Assembly: GCA_021298175.1 (NCBI GenBank)
Contig: JAJTDW010000003.1
Location: forward strand, 26,904 to 90,903
Source of the DNA: Pseudomonadota bacterium
Lineage (GTDB): Bacteria > Pseudomonadota > Gammaproteobacteria > Burkholderiales > UBA11063
DNA length: 64,000 bases
Direction of reading: 5' to 3'
Part shown: piece by piece, positions 32,242 through 45,623 of the stretch
How positions within the stretch are numbered: the first letter of the stretch is position 1
Layout of the letters: every line of letters starts with the position of its first letter
Position numbers and translations under genes: made by a program
The notes under the pieces: generated by a model
Database searches by the model: none
The model's input: the letters and a program-made list of their open reading frames with translations, nothing else
What the model was told of the DNA's origin: nothing

Positions 32242-33177
32242 TTGGATAATTTACAACAGAGCTTAATTGATGCGTCACAAAATTTACAAACAATAAGAGA
32301 TTTCATCCGTTTTATGGTGAGTACTTTTGAAGAACATAACTTAAGCTACGGACATGGTACTACTAATCCATATGACGAAGCTGCATATTTAGTTTTATCC
32401 ACCTTAAATCTTCCAATAGATACCCTAGAACCACATTTAGATGCAAAACTTCTGGATCACGAAATTAAAAAAATTATAAAAGTTTGTGAGCAAAGAATCA
32501 TACATCGTATACCTGCACCGTATATTACTAATGAAGCAAATTTTTTAGGATATAAATTTTATGTGGATGAACGGGTAATTATTCCTCGATCATATATTGC
32601 TGAAATATTATTAAACAATGAACTAAGTGATTATATAGAGCATCCAGAGCTGATAAGTAATATATTAGACTTATGTACTGGCAATGGTTCACTTGCTATC
32701 ATTATGGCGGATTATTTTTCTGATAGCCAAGTAATTGCTGCAGACATTGATGAGAATGCACTTGAAGTTGCTGAAATTAACGTTAACAAATATGATATGA
32801 GCGCTGTTATTGAATTGCGCCAGTCTAACTTATTTGAAAATTTAACTGACTGCCCTAATAAATTTGATTTAATCGTTACTAACCCACCATATGTAGATGC
32901 TAAACGGATGAATATCTTACCTCAAGAATACCTACACGAACCACAAATATCATTATCTGGCGGCGAGAGCGGATTAGAATTAGTCAATGACATTTTAAAA
33001 AATGCAATATATTTTCTTAATGATTTTGGAATTCTGGTACTTGAGATGGGTGATAATCAAGAAGAGTTTGAGCAGTTATATGATGGGCTAGAATTTACAT
33101 GGCTTACTACACAAAACGGTGATGGATTTGTCTTTGTGGTAACTAAAAAAGCTCTAATTAATTATTTTAAAATATGA
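32242..33177 (+). CDS. prmB: Ribosomal protein L3 N5-glutamine methyltransferase
   Basis: YGHGT.N.YDEA, YVDERVIIPRS.I.E, DLCTGNG, NPPY; TTG start. Confidence 0.92.
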   Translation: MDNLQQSLIDASQNLQTIRDFIRFMVSTFEEHNLSYGHGTTNPYDEAAYLVLSTLNLPIDTLEPHLDAKLLDHEIKKIIKVCEQRIIHRIPAPYITNEANFLGYKFYVDERVIIPRSYIAEILLNNELSDYIEHPELISNILDLCTGNGSLAIIMADYFSDSQVIAADIDENALEVAEINVNKYDMSAVIELRQSNLFENLTDCPNKFDLIVTNPPYVDAKRMNILPQEYLHEPQISLSGGESGLELVNDILKNAIYFLNDFGILVLEMGDNQEEFEQLYDGLEFTWLTTQNGDGFVFVVTKKALINYFKI

Positions 33178-33650
33178 GGCATCATATTCTTGCAATTATT
33201 TTATTTCAACCAGAAATACCTCCCAACACAGGGAATATCATCCGCTTGTGTGCTAATACTGGCTATGAGCTTCATTTAGTGAAGCCCTTAGGTTTTCCAT
33301 TAGAGGATACAAGACTCAAACGTGCTGGACTAGACTATCATGAATATGCCAACCTTGTAGTACATGATAGTTGGGAAGCTATAAAATGTTATTTTCAAAA
33401 ACGTCGGATTATTGCTATAGAAACCTGCGGCGCGAGCTGCTATAGCAAATTCAAATACAGTTATGATGATGTACTATTATTTGGATCGGAAACCAAAGGG
33501 TTACCTGATTTTGTATTAAACGATTTAACCAAGGAGAATATCGTTAGACTCCCTATGCTACCAAAGCAACGGAGCCTTAATTTATCTAATTCAGTTGCAA
33601 TTGTTGCTTATGAAGCATGGAGACAATTAAATTTTATTGGAGGAATCTAA
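33174..33650 (+). CDS. trmL: tRNA (C34/U34) 2'-O-methyltransferase
   Basis: PEIPPNTGNIIRLCAN, RAGLDY, FGSETKGL, RSLNLSN. Confidence 0.93.
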   Translation: MRHHILAIILFQPEIPPNTGNIIRLCANTGYELHLVKPLGFPLEDTRLKRAGLDYHEYANLVVHDSWEAIKCYFQKRRIIAIETCGASCYSKFKYSYDDVLLFGSETKGLPDFVLNDLTKENIVRLPMLPKQRSLNLSNSVAIVAYEAWRQLNFIGGI

Positions 33651-33651
33651 T

Positions 33652-34155
33652 ATGCGACTTAAATATCTACTACTTTTATTCATGTTTTCTTTTATGCTGG
33701 CACAACCATCTGTTGCAACAGTAACAAATAAAAGCGCACAAAAAAACACTCATAGCCATAAAAGAGTAAAAAAACATAAAAAACCCACACGTAAAAAAGA
33801 TTATATGCATGGAGTAGCCAGTTATTACGGCAAAGGTGATGGATTTAATGGCAAAAAGATGGCTAACGGCCAAATATTCGATGCTAATAATATATTTATA
33901 GCTGCCCACCCTACATTACCTCTAGGCACAAAGTTAAAAGTTATAGACGACGCAACGGGTAAAGTTATTTATGTTGAAATAAAAGACCGCATGCCACGTT
34001 ACAATAGAGTTATAGACTTAAGTTATGCTGGGGCACGTAAATTAGGAATGCGTAAAAAGGGGCTATCTTACGTTACCCTAGTTAAAATAAATAATGCTGA
34101 ATTTAATAAACAAAAGCGCGTAATCAAGCAACAAGAAATTTCTAATAATCAATAA
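33652..34155 (+). CDS. rlpA: RlpA-family septal lytic transglycosylase (DPBB domain)
   Basis: GVASYYG, ANGQIFD, AAHPTLPLGT, VIDLSYAGA. Start at ATG 33652 after GGAGG. Confidence 0.85.
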   Translation: MRLKYLLLLFMFSFMLAQPSVATVTNKSAQKNTHSHKRVKKHKKPTRKKDYMHGVASYYGKGDGFNGKKMANGQIFDANNIFIAAHPTLPLGTKLKVIDDATGKVIYVEIKDRMPRYNRVIDLSYAGARKLGMRKKGLSYVTLVKINNAEFNKQKRVIKQQEISNNQ

Positions 34156-34395
34156 GTGGTCGAGTTAGTCTCAAAAATTGATGCAGTGCCATAGTATAAT
34201 GCCCCTAATAAATAAAAATATAAATATATATTTTTATTTTTCAATTAATGTTATAATACTTTGGTGATGTCTAACTTTTAGCTAAGCATTATAATAAACC
34301 AAATCAGATAATTGCACACCTAAGTTAATAATGACCTTGAAATACATAAATTAATGTTCTTATAAAAATAAAACATATCTTATAAAGGAAATAAA

Positions 34396-34572
34396 ATGTT
34401 AACATGGGTTATAATATTTTTAGTTATTGCTATAATTGCAGCAATCTTTGGGTTTGGCGGTATTGTAGAAGCAGCTGTTGATATCGCAAAAATTATATTT
34501 TTTATCTTTATTGTATTATTTATCATTAGTTTAGTTATGCATATTGGTAACTATAGCATTCCAGGATTTTAG
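34396..34572 (+). CDS. DUF1328 (YtjA/UPF0391) small membrane protein; absent from ORF track
   Basis: 58 aa [58 protein letters not shown] with AAGGA RBS. Confidence 0.9.
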   Translation: MLTWVIIFLVIAIIAAIFGFGGIVEAAVDIAKIIFFIFIVLFIISLVMHIGNYSIPGF

Positions 34573-34731
34573 CTGGTCTTAGTTTCTCATAGATTCATTA
34601 CCTATTACTCTTAGCCCACTTAGTACTCAAAATATCGTACTTATACAATTACCTTCTTAAATTCCAGAAGCTTTCAACCTTTTTCATACAATTACAATAA
34701 GCTCAATTAATAATATTATTTGGAGATAATC

Positions 34732-35226
34732 ATGATAAAAAAAATAAGTATATATTTAATTTTAATTTTAAATATTATATTTTGTGGAACTGCTTACGCA
34801 ACAAACCTTGAAGATAAAGTTAACTCAGTTTTAAAGACACAATTCTCATCTGGTAGTTACACAGTTGCTAGTCACAAACAAAATATATTATTAGCTGGGC
34901 AAGTTCCAAGTGAAGAAATGAGAATACAAACAAGTAAAGCTGTTCAAAACATTATTGGTGGTGGCACTCTATGGAATTATCTACAAGTACGAGAAAACGA
35001 AAATGCAGCAGAAATATCTGCAGATGGCATTATAACCTCAGAAGCTAAAACTAGGCTTATTCTTCAAAAGAATGTAAATACCAATAATATAAAAGTAGTA
35101 ACTTGCGCAAATGTGGTTTATTTATTGGGCAGTAATGCAGGAACTACATATCAAATAAAAGGCGCTATTCACGGCATAAAAAATATTGCAGGAGTTAAGG
35201 GTGTTGTGAACTTAATTAATAAATAA
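34732..35226 (+). CDS. BON-domain periplasmic protein (OsmY/DolP-like)
   Basis: Signal peptide; ILLAGQVP, D..IT...K..L, IKVVT....VYLLG, V.GVV.L. GGAG RBS before 34732. Confidence 0.8.
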   Translation: MIKKISIYLILILNIIFCGTAYATNLEDKVNSVLKTQFSSGSYTVASHKQNILLAGQVPSEEMRIQTSKAVQNIIGGGTLWNYLQVRENENAAEISADGIITSEAKTRLILQKNVNTNNIKVVTCANVVYLLGSNAGTTYQIKGAIHGIKNIAGVKGVVNLINK

Positions 35227-35258
35227 GAACCCGACAAAGTATATTTTTTAATGATATA

Positions 35259-35281
35259 GCCCCTGAAAAATCATAGGGGTT
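35259..35281. terminator. Hairpin between convergent BON and J-domain genes
   Basis: GCCCCT...AGGGGT stem. Confidence 0.5.
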
Positions 35282-35335
35282 GTGTAGTAATGATTAAAAT
35301 ATACTCCCTCTATCTAACATACTAGCATCTGGTAA

Positions 35336-36403
35336 TTACAATTTTACCCCTTTTACATATTTCTTTAGCTCTTTAATATCTTTCCAGAGCTCTAAATTAA
35401 GATTTAACCCATCAATGGATTCTTTTATATCTTCAATTTGATTATGCAATTTATTTATAATAATTGAGGGGGAATGTATTACATAGATAGGTGAAAGATT
35501 AAACTCGCAACTAAATATCGAGCAAGTATGGTGAATTTCACCTTCTAGCTCATTTAGTTGCATTTTTAATATTTTATTAAAATGTTTCAGTTTTTCCATC
35601 GCAATTGAATTAAGATTAGCTGGGTCAATATGCTCAATTTGGAGTTGAACCTCAAGTAAAGTTAGCAAATCTTGCTTATCATAAGCCGCATTAACCTTTT
35701 GCATTAGAGTAGTTTTGCTCTCATGATCCATATGCTCCGATTTACGGTCAGGATGTAGCACTCTAACTAACTGACGATACACTTCACGTATCGACTGACT
35801 AACATTCTTCTCTTCTGCCATCTGTTGAGCTTCTTTAGCTAAAGCTTTAGCACTTTTTTTACGCTTCTGTTTTATTGCCTGTTGCTGCTCATGCTTGTTT
35901 TGCATTTCTTGAGCAATATACTCTATTATATCCTCGGGACTATCTATACTAGAATCTATATCAATATCTAGATGCTCTTTAGCCATTTCTTTTATATAAG
36001 AAGCTTCCATTTCATGCGTATATTCTTGCTGTTTGTCATAATCCTCATCACTACGTGTATTATAAATATGCTTTAATTTTTCATCTTCATTAGCTGACTC
36101 ATCCACCACATCATGGATTATATATAACATTTTTTTGCGATCAGATTTAGTAAAAAGTTTATTATCATAAACTTCATTCATTAGATAAGCCATTTTTATT
36201 CTAAGGTCAGCATATTGCTTTCCTAGTGGGAAATAATCATTTGAGTATATCTGTTTAAATTTAACGACACTCTCTTGCCATTTTATCAACAATTCTCGTT
36301 TATTGCTAATTTGGGTTATTAGTTTATTAAATAGCCTTTGCTCTTTTTGTAAAATAGTATCTTTAGAGCCAGAAACTATCGTGGGTAAATTGGTGTTTTT
36401 CAT
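35336..36403 (-). CDS. Coiled-coil protein with internal J-domain (DnaJ-like co-chaperone)
   Basis: SIREVYRQLVRVLHPDR...LMQKVNAAYDK; HPD motif. Confidence 0.8.
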   Translation of the reverse strand: MKNTNLPTIVSGSKDTILQKEQRLFNKLITQISNKRELLIKWQESVVKFKQIYSNDYFPLGKQYADLRIKMAYLMNEVYDNKLFTKSDRKKMLYIIHDVVDESANEDEKLKHIYNTRSDEDYDKQQEYTHEMEASYIKEMAKEHLDIDIDSSIDSPEDIIEYIAQEMQNKHEQQQAIKQKRKKSAKALAKEAQQMAEEKNVSQSIREVYRQLVRVLHPDRKSEHMDHESKTTLMQKVNAAYDKQDLLTLLEVQLQIEHIDPANLNSIAMEKLKHFNKILKMQLNELEGEIHHTCSIFSCEFNLSPIYVIHSPSIIINKLHNQIEDIKESIDGLNLNLELWKDIKELKKYVKGVKL

Positions 36404-36475
36404 AAGGTTATATGGCTATAAATAATTTTGTTTATATAAAGTAGTTATTTTGCTTGTAATAGCATAATTTATAGC

Positions 36476-36982
36476 CTAATAAGCTGCTTTTAAAGTTGTA
36501 GCTTCACTATAAAGCCTATCGCATTCATTTTGGTACTTAGTAGCAACTTGTTTATCATTCCAAATAACAAGCACGTTCTCAGCATTTTTATTAACAGCAC
36601 CCGCTGAATAATTGAACGAACCAGTTTCTACAGTTTGGTTATCAATTACAATAAACTTATTATGCATAATTGCATAATTAGCATTAAGCCTAACCTCAAC
36701 ACCATTATTTGCTAAATATGTGGTCGCTGAGTATTTACTTCTATTGCTTTTATTATCTGATACAATATGAATGACAACTCCACGTTTTTTAGCGCTCAAT
36801 ATTGCCATAGCAACAGGCTTTGAGGTAAAACTATATGTAGCCATACATATATTACTTTTTGATGAGTTAATAGCTTTTAAAACCAACTCTAAAGATCCTT
36901 GTTTTGGGCTAAACCCAACCTCAATATTTGATGCAAATACCATTTGTATTATAAACGATAAAACTAATAACTTGTTCATCAC
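36476..36982 (-). CDS. Phospholipase D-family endonuclease (Nuc-like), exported
   Basis: VGFSPK, MATYSFTSK, HNKFIVID (HxKxxxxD), TGSFNYS..A...NAEN. Confidence 0.88.
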   Translation of the reverse strand: MMNKLLVLSFIIQMVFASNIEVGFSPKQGSLELVLKAINSSKSNICMATYSFTSKPVAMAILSAKKRGVVIHIVSDNKSNRSKYSATTYLANNGVEVRLNANYAIMHNKFIVIDNQTVETGSFNYSAGAVNKNAENVLVIWNDKQVATKYQNECDRLYSEATTLKAAY

Positions 36983-37095
36983 ATCTCACTTTTACAATAA
37001 AATATCTTAATGCCTGGCATTTTTAGATACATGGCTATCTGGCTAAGTCAGGTATGACACACCAAATTAATACTTTAAACATCAACTTATGATTA

Positions 37096-39022
<1,927 letters not shown>

Positions 39023-39030
39023 CGCACACC

Positions 39031-39857
39031 TTATATCTTTTTGACTACTCTATCAATAGCCATAATTTCGGTTAAAAACCCTTCAATTTCATGCATAGGA
39101 AATGAATTTGGCCCATCAGATTTCGCCTCTTCTGGTCTTGGATGAGTTTCCATAAAAATCCCACTTATCCCAACAGCCACTGCAGCACGAGCTAAAACCG
39201 GAACAAACTCACGTTGGCCGCCAGAACTAGTTCCCTGTCCGCCAGGAAGCTGTACCGAATGAGTAGCATCAAAGACAACTGGACAATTGGTATCACGCAT
39301 AACCATCAGACTGCGCATATCAGATACTAAGTTATTATATCCAAAACTTGCTCCACGTTCACATGCCATGATTAACCCATGACCCTCAACTGATAAAGCT
39401 TTATCAGTAACGTTTTTCATATCCCATGGAGATAAAAACTGCCCCTTTTTGACATTAACCGCTCTACCACTTTGCGCAACAGCTTTAATAAAATTGGTTT
39501 GCCTACATAAAAATGCTGGAGTTTGTAAAATATCAGCAACACTTGCCACCTGATCAATTTCTTCTAACTCATGTACATCAGTTAAAATTGGCAACCCTAA
39601 TTGTTTTTTTACCTCTGATAAGATTCTCAAACCCTCATCAATTCCTAAGCCACGAAAAGTTTTATCTGAGCTACGATTAGCTTTATCATAACTAGATTTA
39701 TAAACATAATTAATGCCTAATTTTTGGGTAACTTCTTTCAAATATCCTGCAGTATCAATAGCTAACTGCTCTGACTCAATAACACATGGCCCCGCAATTA
39801 AAAACAATGGGCGATTTAACCCAATCTCAAAATCTAATAATTTCCACGTTGTTTGCA

Positions 39858-39858
<1 letters not shown>
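39031..39858 (-). CDS. kdsA: KDO-8-phosphate synthase
   Basis: [40 protein letters not shown]. Confidence 0.97.
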
Positions 39859-41525
<1,667 letters not shown>

Positions 41526-41791
41526 CTACGCACGCTCAATATCTTTCATTTCTACCCGCATATATGCACCGCCAAGTCTGCCTACATGCACATGATAACG
41601 TTTCAACACTTTCCATAAGTGGGGGGGTAACCCTCTCTAATAGATGAACAACGCCGTGTGACTCTATGTGCATAAGGCGTGAATCATGACGTATAATTAA
41701 AAAATGGAATTGGCATTAAACACATAATTATACACTAAAACATAGCTCTATACTTAAGCAAACAAATTAAAATATCTATCGACTTGATTCG

Positions 41792-42559
41792 TTAAACATT
41801 TAAAGTAATGATTACTGGCGTATGATCAGATGGACGCTCATTCTTACGCGGCTCAATATCTATTTCGCATTGAGTAGCAATGCTCTTTAGGTTATCATTA
41901 ATTAGAATATGGTCTATCCTTAAGCCAAGTTTTCTTCTAAATGCAAAATTACGATAGTCCCACCAGCTATAATTTTTTGGTTCCACGTGAAACAATCTAA
42001 AACTATCACTAAGCCCCAAATTGATCATTTTACCCCATGCTGAGCGTTCTTCATCAGTACACAAAACCTTACCTTGCCATTCTATTGGGTCATATAAATC
42101 AATATCTTGAGGCGCTATATTAAAATCCCCTAATATCATAAAATACTCATGTTTATTTAGGGATTCCTCCACGTAATTAGTCAAGTTCTCTAGCCATGAT
42201 AGTTTATATATAAACTTATCACTAGTTGTTGATTCCCCATTTACTACATAAACACACATTATGCGTACCCCATTTATGGTAGCAGTAATTACCCGCTTCT
42301 GTGGGTCATCAAAACTAGGCATATCCATATAAACGTCATGAATGGGTAGCTTTGATATTATCGCCACTCCATTGTAGGTTTTTTGTCCATTAAATACGCA
42401 ATGATAACCCAAACTAGTAAAAGCCTCTATTGGGAAATTTGCGTTATCTAACTTTAACTCTTGTAATGCCAATACATCACAATTACTTTTTTGCATCCAC
42501 TCTATAACCTGAGGCAACCTCACTTTTAGAGAATTTACGTTCCACGTTGCTATTTGCAT
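41792..42559 (-). CDS. xth: Exodeoxyribonuclease III
   Basis: ATWNVNSLK, LQELK, YNGVAI, GDFNIAP, GLRIDHIL, SDHTPV. Confidence 0.95.
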   Translation of the reverse strand: MQIATWNVNSLKVRLPQVIEWMQKSNCDVLALQELKLDNANFPIEAFTSLGYHCVFNGQKTYNGVAIISKLPIHDVYMDMPSFDDPQKRVITATINGVRIMCVYVVNGESTTSDKFIYKLSWLENLTNYVEESLNKHEYFMILGDFNIAPQDIDLYDPIEWQGKVLCTDEERSAWGKMINLGLSDSFRLFHVEPKNYSWWDYRNFAFRRKLGLRIDHILINDNLKSIATQCEIDIEPRKNERPSDHTPVIITLNV

Positions 42560-42681
42560 GTTTTATTCCTTTGTTTAGCATGTACTTAATTTAATAATAC
42601 TCTTCATTCTTGATAACTTTATGCACCAATAGCTTAAAATTTTCAAAGAATACAGATTGCAGCATTTTTCTTTAATATATC

Positions 42682-42713
42682 ATCATTTAACATCAATTTA
42701 TAATCCCTCATTA
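42682..42713. repeat. 32-bp direct repeat, copy 1
   Basis: ATCATTTAACATCAATTTATAATCCCTCATTA, identical at 45624-45655; overlaps the stop of the ATP-grasp/PAS/HTH gene. Confidence 0.9.
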
Positions 42714-44815
42714 AGCATAAATGGGATTAGTTTAAGTATTGTTGCAGTCTCTATTAATTGAGCAATACTATAAGCTCCAAGCTTATCATATAAGCCCTTG
42801 TCTATAACGGCTTGAATTGTTGCAGACTTAATACTTTTATTTTCTAGAATACTTAAAATGGAAGCAATCTCTTTTGGCGATTTATTTAATGACAAATAAT
42901 ACAAAACATCAAGTTCTCGTTTAGTAAGTTTCTGGCTCTTATCTGTCATCTTATTATTAGAGCCAGTTTTTATCCCAAGCTTTTTATTTAGTGCATTTAT
43001 TTTATGAAGTTGTATCGTATTTTGAAGACTATCAAGGCATTCTTCATACATTGTTTGTTGTTGAGTTGATTTTTTATAGTAATCAATTTCTAATGCATGA
43101 TTCTCTTTTATTAATCTTTCAGATTCTGCCTTGGCTAAAGATTCTTGTTCTTTAATTTCAGTTATATCAGTAGAAAACCCAAGCAATCCAATTATTTTAC
43201 CATCATCATATAGAGGCTGTTTATGTGAAATATAGGTCTTTATGCCAAATGGAGTTGGTATGGTTTCTTCAAAAATTTTTTCTTTTCCAGATTTCATTAT
43301 TTCATTATCAATTTTATCAACTTGCCTCGCAGCTTTTTGGTCCTGAAGAATTTCAAAAATTGTTTTTCCAGTAAATTCAGAGATAGAGCTAAAATTGAAG
43401 GCTTTTGCCTGATTTAAGTTGCATCCTAAGTAAACACCCTTTTTGTTTTTCCAAAAAAGAAATGGCAATTTCTTAAATAATTGATCTATAACAATCAGAT
43501 GGGAGCTCTTAAGATTGTTATTTAATTGATCTTTTTGTGGAGATGTTTTTTTAAAGGTTACAGGTTTATGATACTTCAGTATTTCGAAATCATCATGTAC
43601 TTTTTGTAATGATGTATCCCAAAAAATAATGCTACATGTAGCATCCAAAAGGCTTTTAGCAGCATTGGTTTTTTCACCAACACTTACATGTTCAATAAAT
43701 TTATATTTAACATCAAGACTTGGTTTTATAAATCTTTCTATAACTCCATCTTCTTGTGGGTATGTTATCCAACCTGCAAATTTATTTAAGTTATTTAATT
43801 CTGGGTTATTTAATAGTCCCATATGAGCCAAATAATGCCATTCTTCAATATGAAACCCATATTGAATTTCATATATATTCGACACTAATGCGCCAGGTGT
43901 TCGAGCTGCAATCTCTAAAAAAATTAAATCATTTGATTTGTATTCTAAAAAAACTTCTAAATGATATGCCCCATTTTTACATTTTAACTCTTGTGTTACT
44001 TTTTTAGTGAATTCTTCTAACTTTTTGTATATTTCGGAATCGATAACTTGTATGCCCCCCATTGGATTACCTTTTGAAAAGGTAGCTAAATGAAACGCAT
44101 ACTTACATGCAGCAAAAAAAAGTATTTCAGAATTATTAAATACTATATCGCAATGAAAGATATCACCATTAATAAATTCATCAACCTCAAACTCATATTC
44201 GTAGGTAATTATTTCATCTGCAATATTTCTAAGTGTATCTAAGTCATCAATACGATAAGTATAAAGGCTACTAACCAAGTCTACTGGCTTAATAAACATT
44301 GGTAAATTAAGCTTTTCAGATATTTTTTTTAGATAACCTTCTTTTTTTGTAATATACTCTGCTTTATTAAAATGCAAAAATTTGGGGGTTTTCACAATTT
44401 TTTTGACTAGTTTTTTTGACGTAGTTTTATACACAAATGGCTGTATTTCTTCAACTCTCAAGCCATGTAGCTCATTATTCTCACGAATTTTTGCACATGT
44501 CATCTGCGCGCTATCTTCATTAGTCATCAACTTTATGTTTTTAGCACCATACTCCTTAATATATTTCCCAACCACTTTTTCAACTATATCATAATCAGCA
44601 TGATGAAAATTTCTTGGTATATTGTAAATTTCATCAAAGCAAGAGTAATTTTCTGCTGTCATATTATCTATACAATAATTGCTGGCTATTAAAATAAATT
44701 TTTGATTTCCTGAAATTTTTTTTAAATCCAAAAAATTAGCTTTAATCTGAACAACATTATAAACAAATATATTTATTGTTGTTTGATTCCTATTTTCATA
44801 TTGTTTTTTATTCAC
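42698..44815 (-). CDS. ATP-grasp + PAS + LuxR-type HTH fusion protein
   Basis: aa ~1-420 ATP-grasp (PMFIKP, EFINGDIFHCD, HLEVF..FLEIAARTPG); aa ~440-553 PAS (WKNKKGVYLGCN, GKTIFE, KQPLYDDGKIIGLLGFSTDITE); aa ~630-695 HTH (LTKRELDVLYYL..NKSPKEIA). GTG start. Confidence 0.82.
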   Translation of the reverse strand: MNKKQYENRNQTTINIFVYNVVQIKANFLDLKKISGNQKFILIASNYCIDNMTAENYSCFDEIYNIPRNFHHADYDIVEKVVGKYIKEYGAKNIKLMTNEDSAQMTCAKIRENNELHGLRVEEIQPFVYKTTSKKLVKKIVKTPKFLHFNKAEYITKKEGYLKKISEKLNLPMFIKPVDLVSSLYTYRIDDLDTLRNIADEIITYEYEFEVDEFINGDIFHCDIVFNNSEILFFAACKYAFHLATFSKGNPMGGIQVIDSEIYKKLEEFTKKVTQELKCKNGAYHLEVFLEYKSNDLIFLEIAARTPGALVSNIYEIQYGFHIEEWHYLAHMGLLNNPELNNLNKFAGWITYPQEDGVIERFIKPSLDVKYKFIEHVSVGEKTNAAKSLLDATCSIIFWDTSLQKVHDDFEILKYHKPVTFKKTSPQKDQLNNNLKSSHLIVIDQLFKKLPFLFWKNKKGVYLGCNLNQAKAFNFSSISEFTGKTIFEILQDQKAARQVDKIDNEIMKSGKEKIFEETIPTPFGIKTYISHKQPLYDDGKIIGLLGFSTDITEIKEQESLAKAESERLIKENHALEIDYYKKSTQQQTMYEECLDSLQNTIQLHKINALNKKLGIKTGSNNKMTDKSQKLTKRELDVLYYLSLNKSPKEIASILSILENKSIKSATIQAVIDKGLYDKLGAYSIAQLIETATILKLIPFMLNEGL

Positions 44816-44877
44816 TTTTTACTTCTTTAAGCAAGTAAAACCTATAACCTAAACTACCAGAAAATTATCTTTATAAA

Positions 44878-44902
44878 GCATATACGCATATTGCGTATAT
44901 GC
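44878..44902. promoter_or_regulatory. Perfect 11-bp inverted repeat, candidate operator
   Basis: GCATATACGCA-TAT-TGCGTATATGC, 62 nt upstream of the fusion gene start. Confidence 0.5.
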
Positions 44903-45089
44903 AAATGTTATATTTACGTATATAATACAGCTCTAACCATTGTAGTATTATTTTAGCATCTAAAAACTATGTGTGACAATTTTCAATAATAACAGACATT
45001 TCAAATGCAAATCTAATTCAACTGATGCTGGATGGGTTTTACGTCGGTTTTAATATTTTTCCTTAATTATTTTTAATAAGGACTTGACC

Positions 45090-45409
45090 ATGAAGATTGT
45101 ATCATATTTTATTTTTACAAAACAAGGTAAATAAATAGAATAGCTATACTTGAAGGATATTGGCACTTAACACCAACAAAATCTGATTTTAAAGATTTTA
45201 ACGCTTATACCCTAATAAATCGGTTGCTTCTGTATTATACTCTTGATAATAATGATAACGTAATCATGATTCATCCTCATCAGCTTGCAGACGTTGCAGT
45301 TATAAATAAAGAGGATGCAAATAAGAAAAATACAATGTGTCAAGTTATTGATGGTATGTCTGAAGAACTTTGGAATGAGAACAAAAAAGAGTTAAATTTT
45401 AAAATTTAA
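45090..45409 (+). pseudogene. Possible frameshifted small gene of unknown function
   Basis: AAGGAC RBS + ATG 45090 gives MKIVSYFIFTKQGK* (stop at 45134); an overlapping frame is open 45131-45409 with no ATG until late. Confidence 0.35.
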
Positions 45410-45467
45410 GGTATACAAATACTTATTTTCATTTAATGCTGAGCTTAAAAGAGAGCTTATATTCTTT

Positions 45468-45598
45468 ATGACCATTAAAGTAGGTTCAAAGTATGTGTTT
45501 GATGTATTATTAACACTTTGGTACTCTGTATTGGAGTGTTATACTAAGGATAAACCATCATGTCCCTCCATATACTTTGAGCCTACTTTAATGGTTAT
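45468..45598 (+). repeat. ~130-nt long palindromic element or structured RNA
   Basis: 25-bp arms 45471-45495/45571-45595 whose two mismatches are G-U pairs on the + strand; inner hairpin TAACACTTTGGTAC-TCT-GTATTGGAGTGTTA. Confidence 0.65.
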
Positions 45599-45623
45599 TT
45601 TAATCTCACTCGTGACACATACA

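Noticed and set aside
41536-41673. 45-aa minus-strand ORF (MHIESHGVVHLLERVTPPLMESV...) before pyrG
   Set aside because: No RBS or recognisable motif; the region is better explained as structured noncoding sequence.
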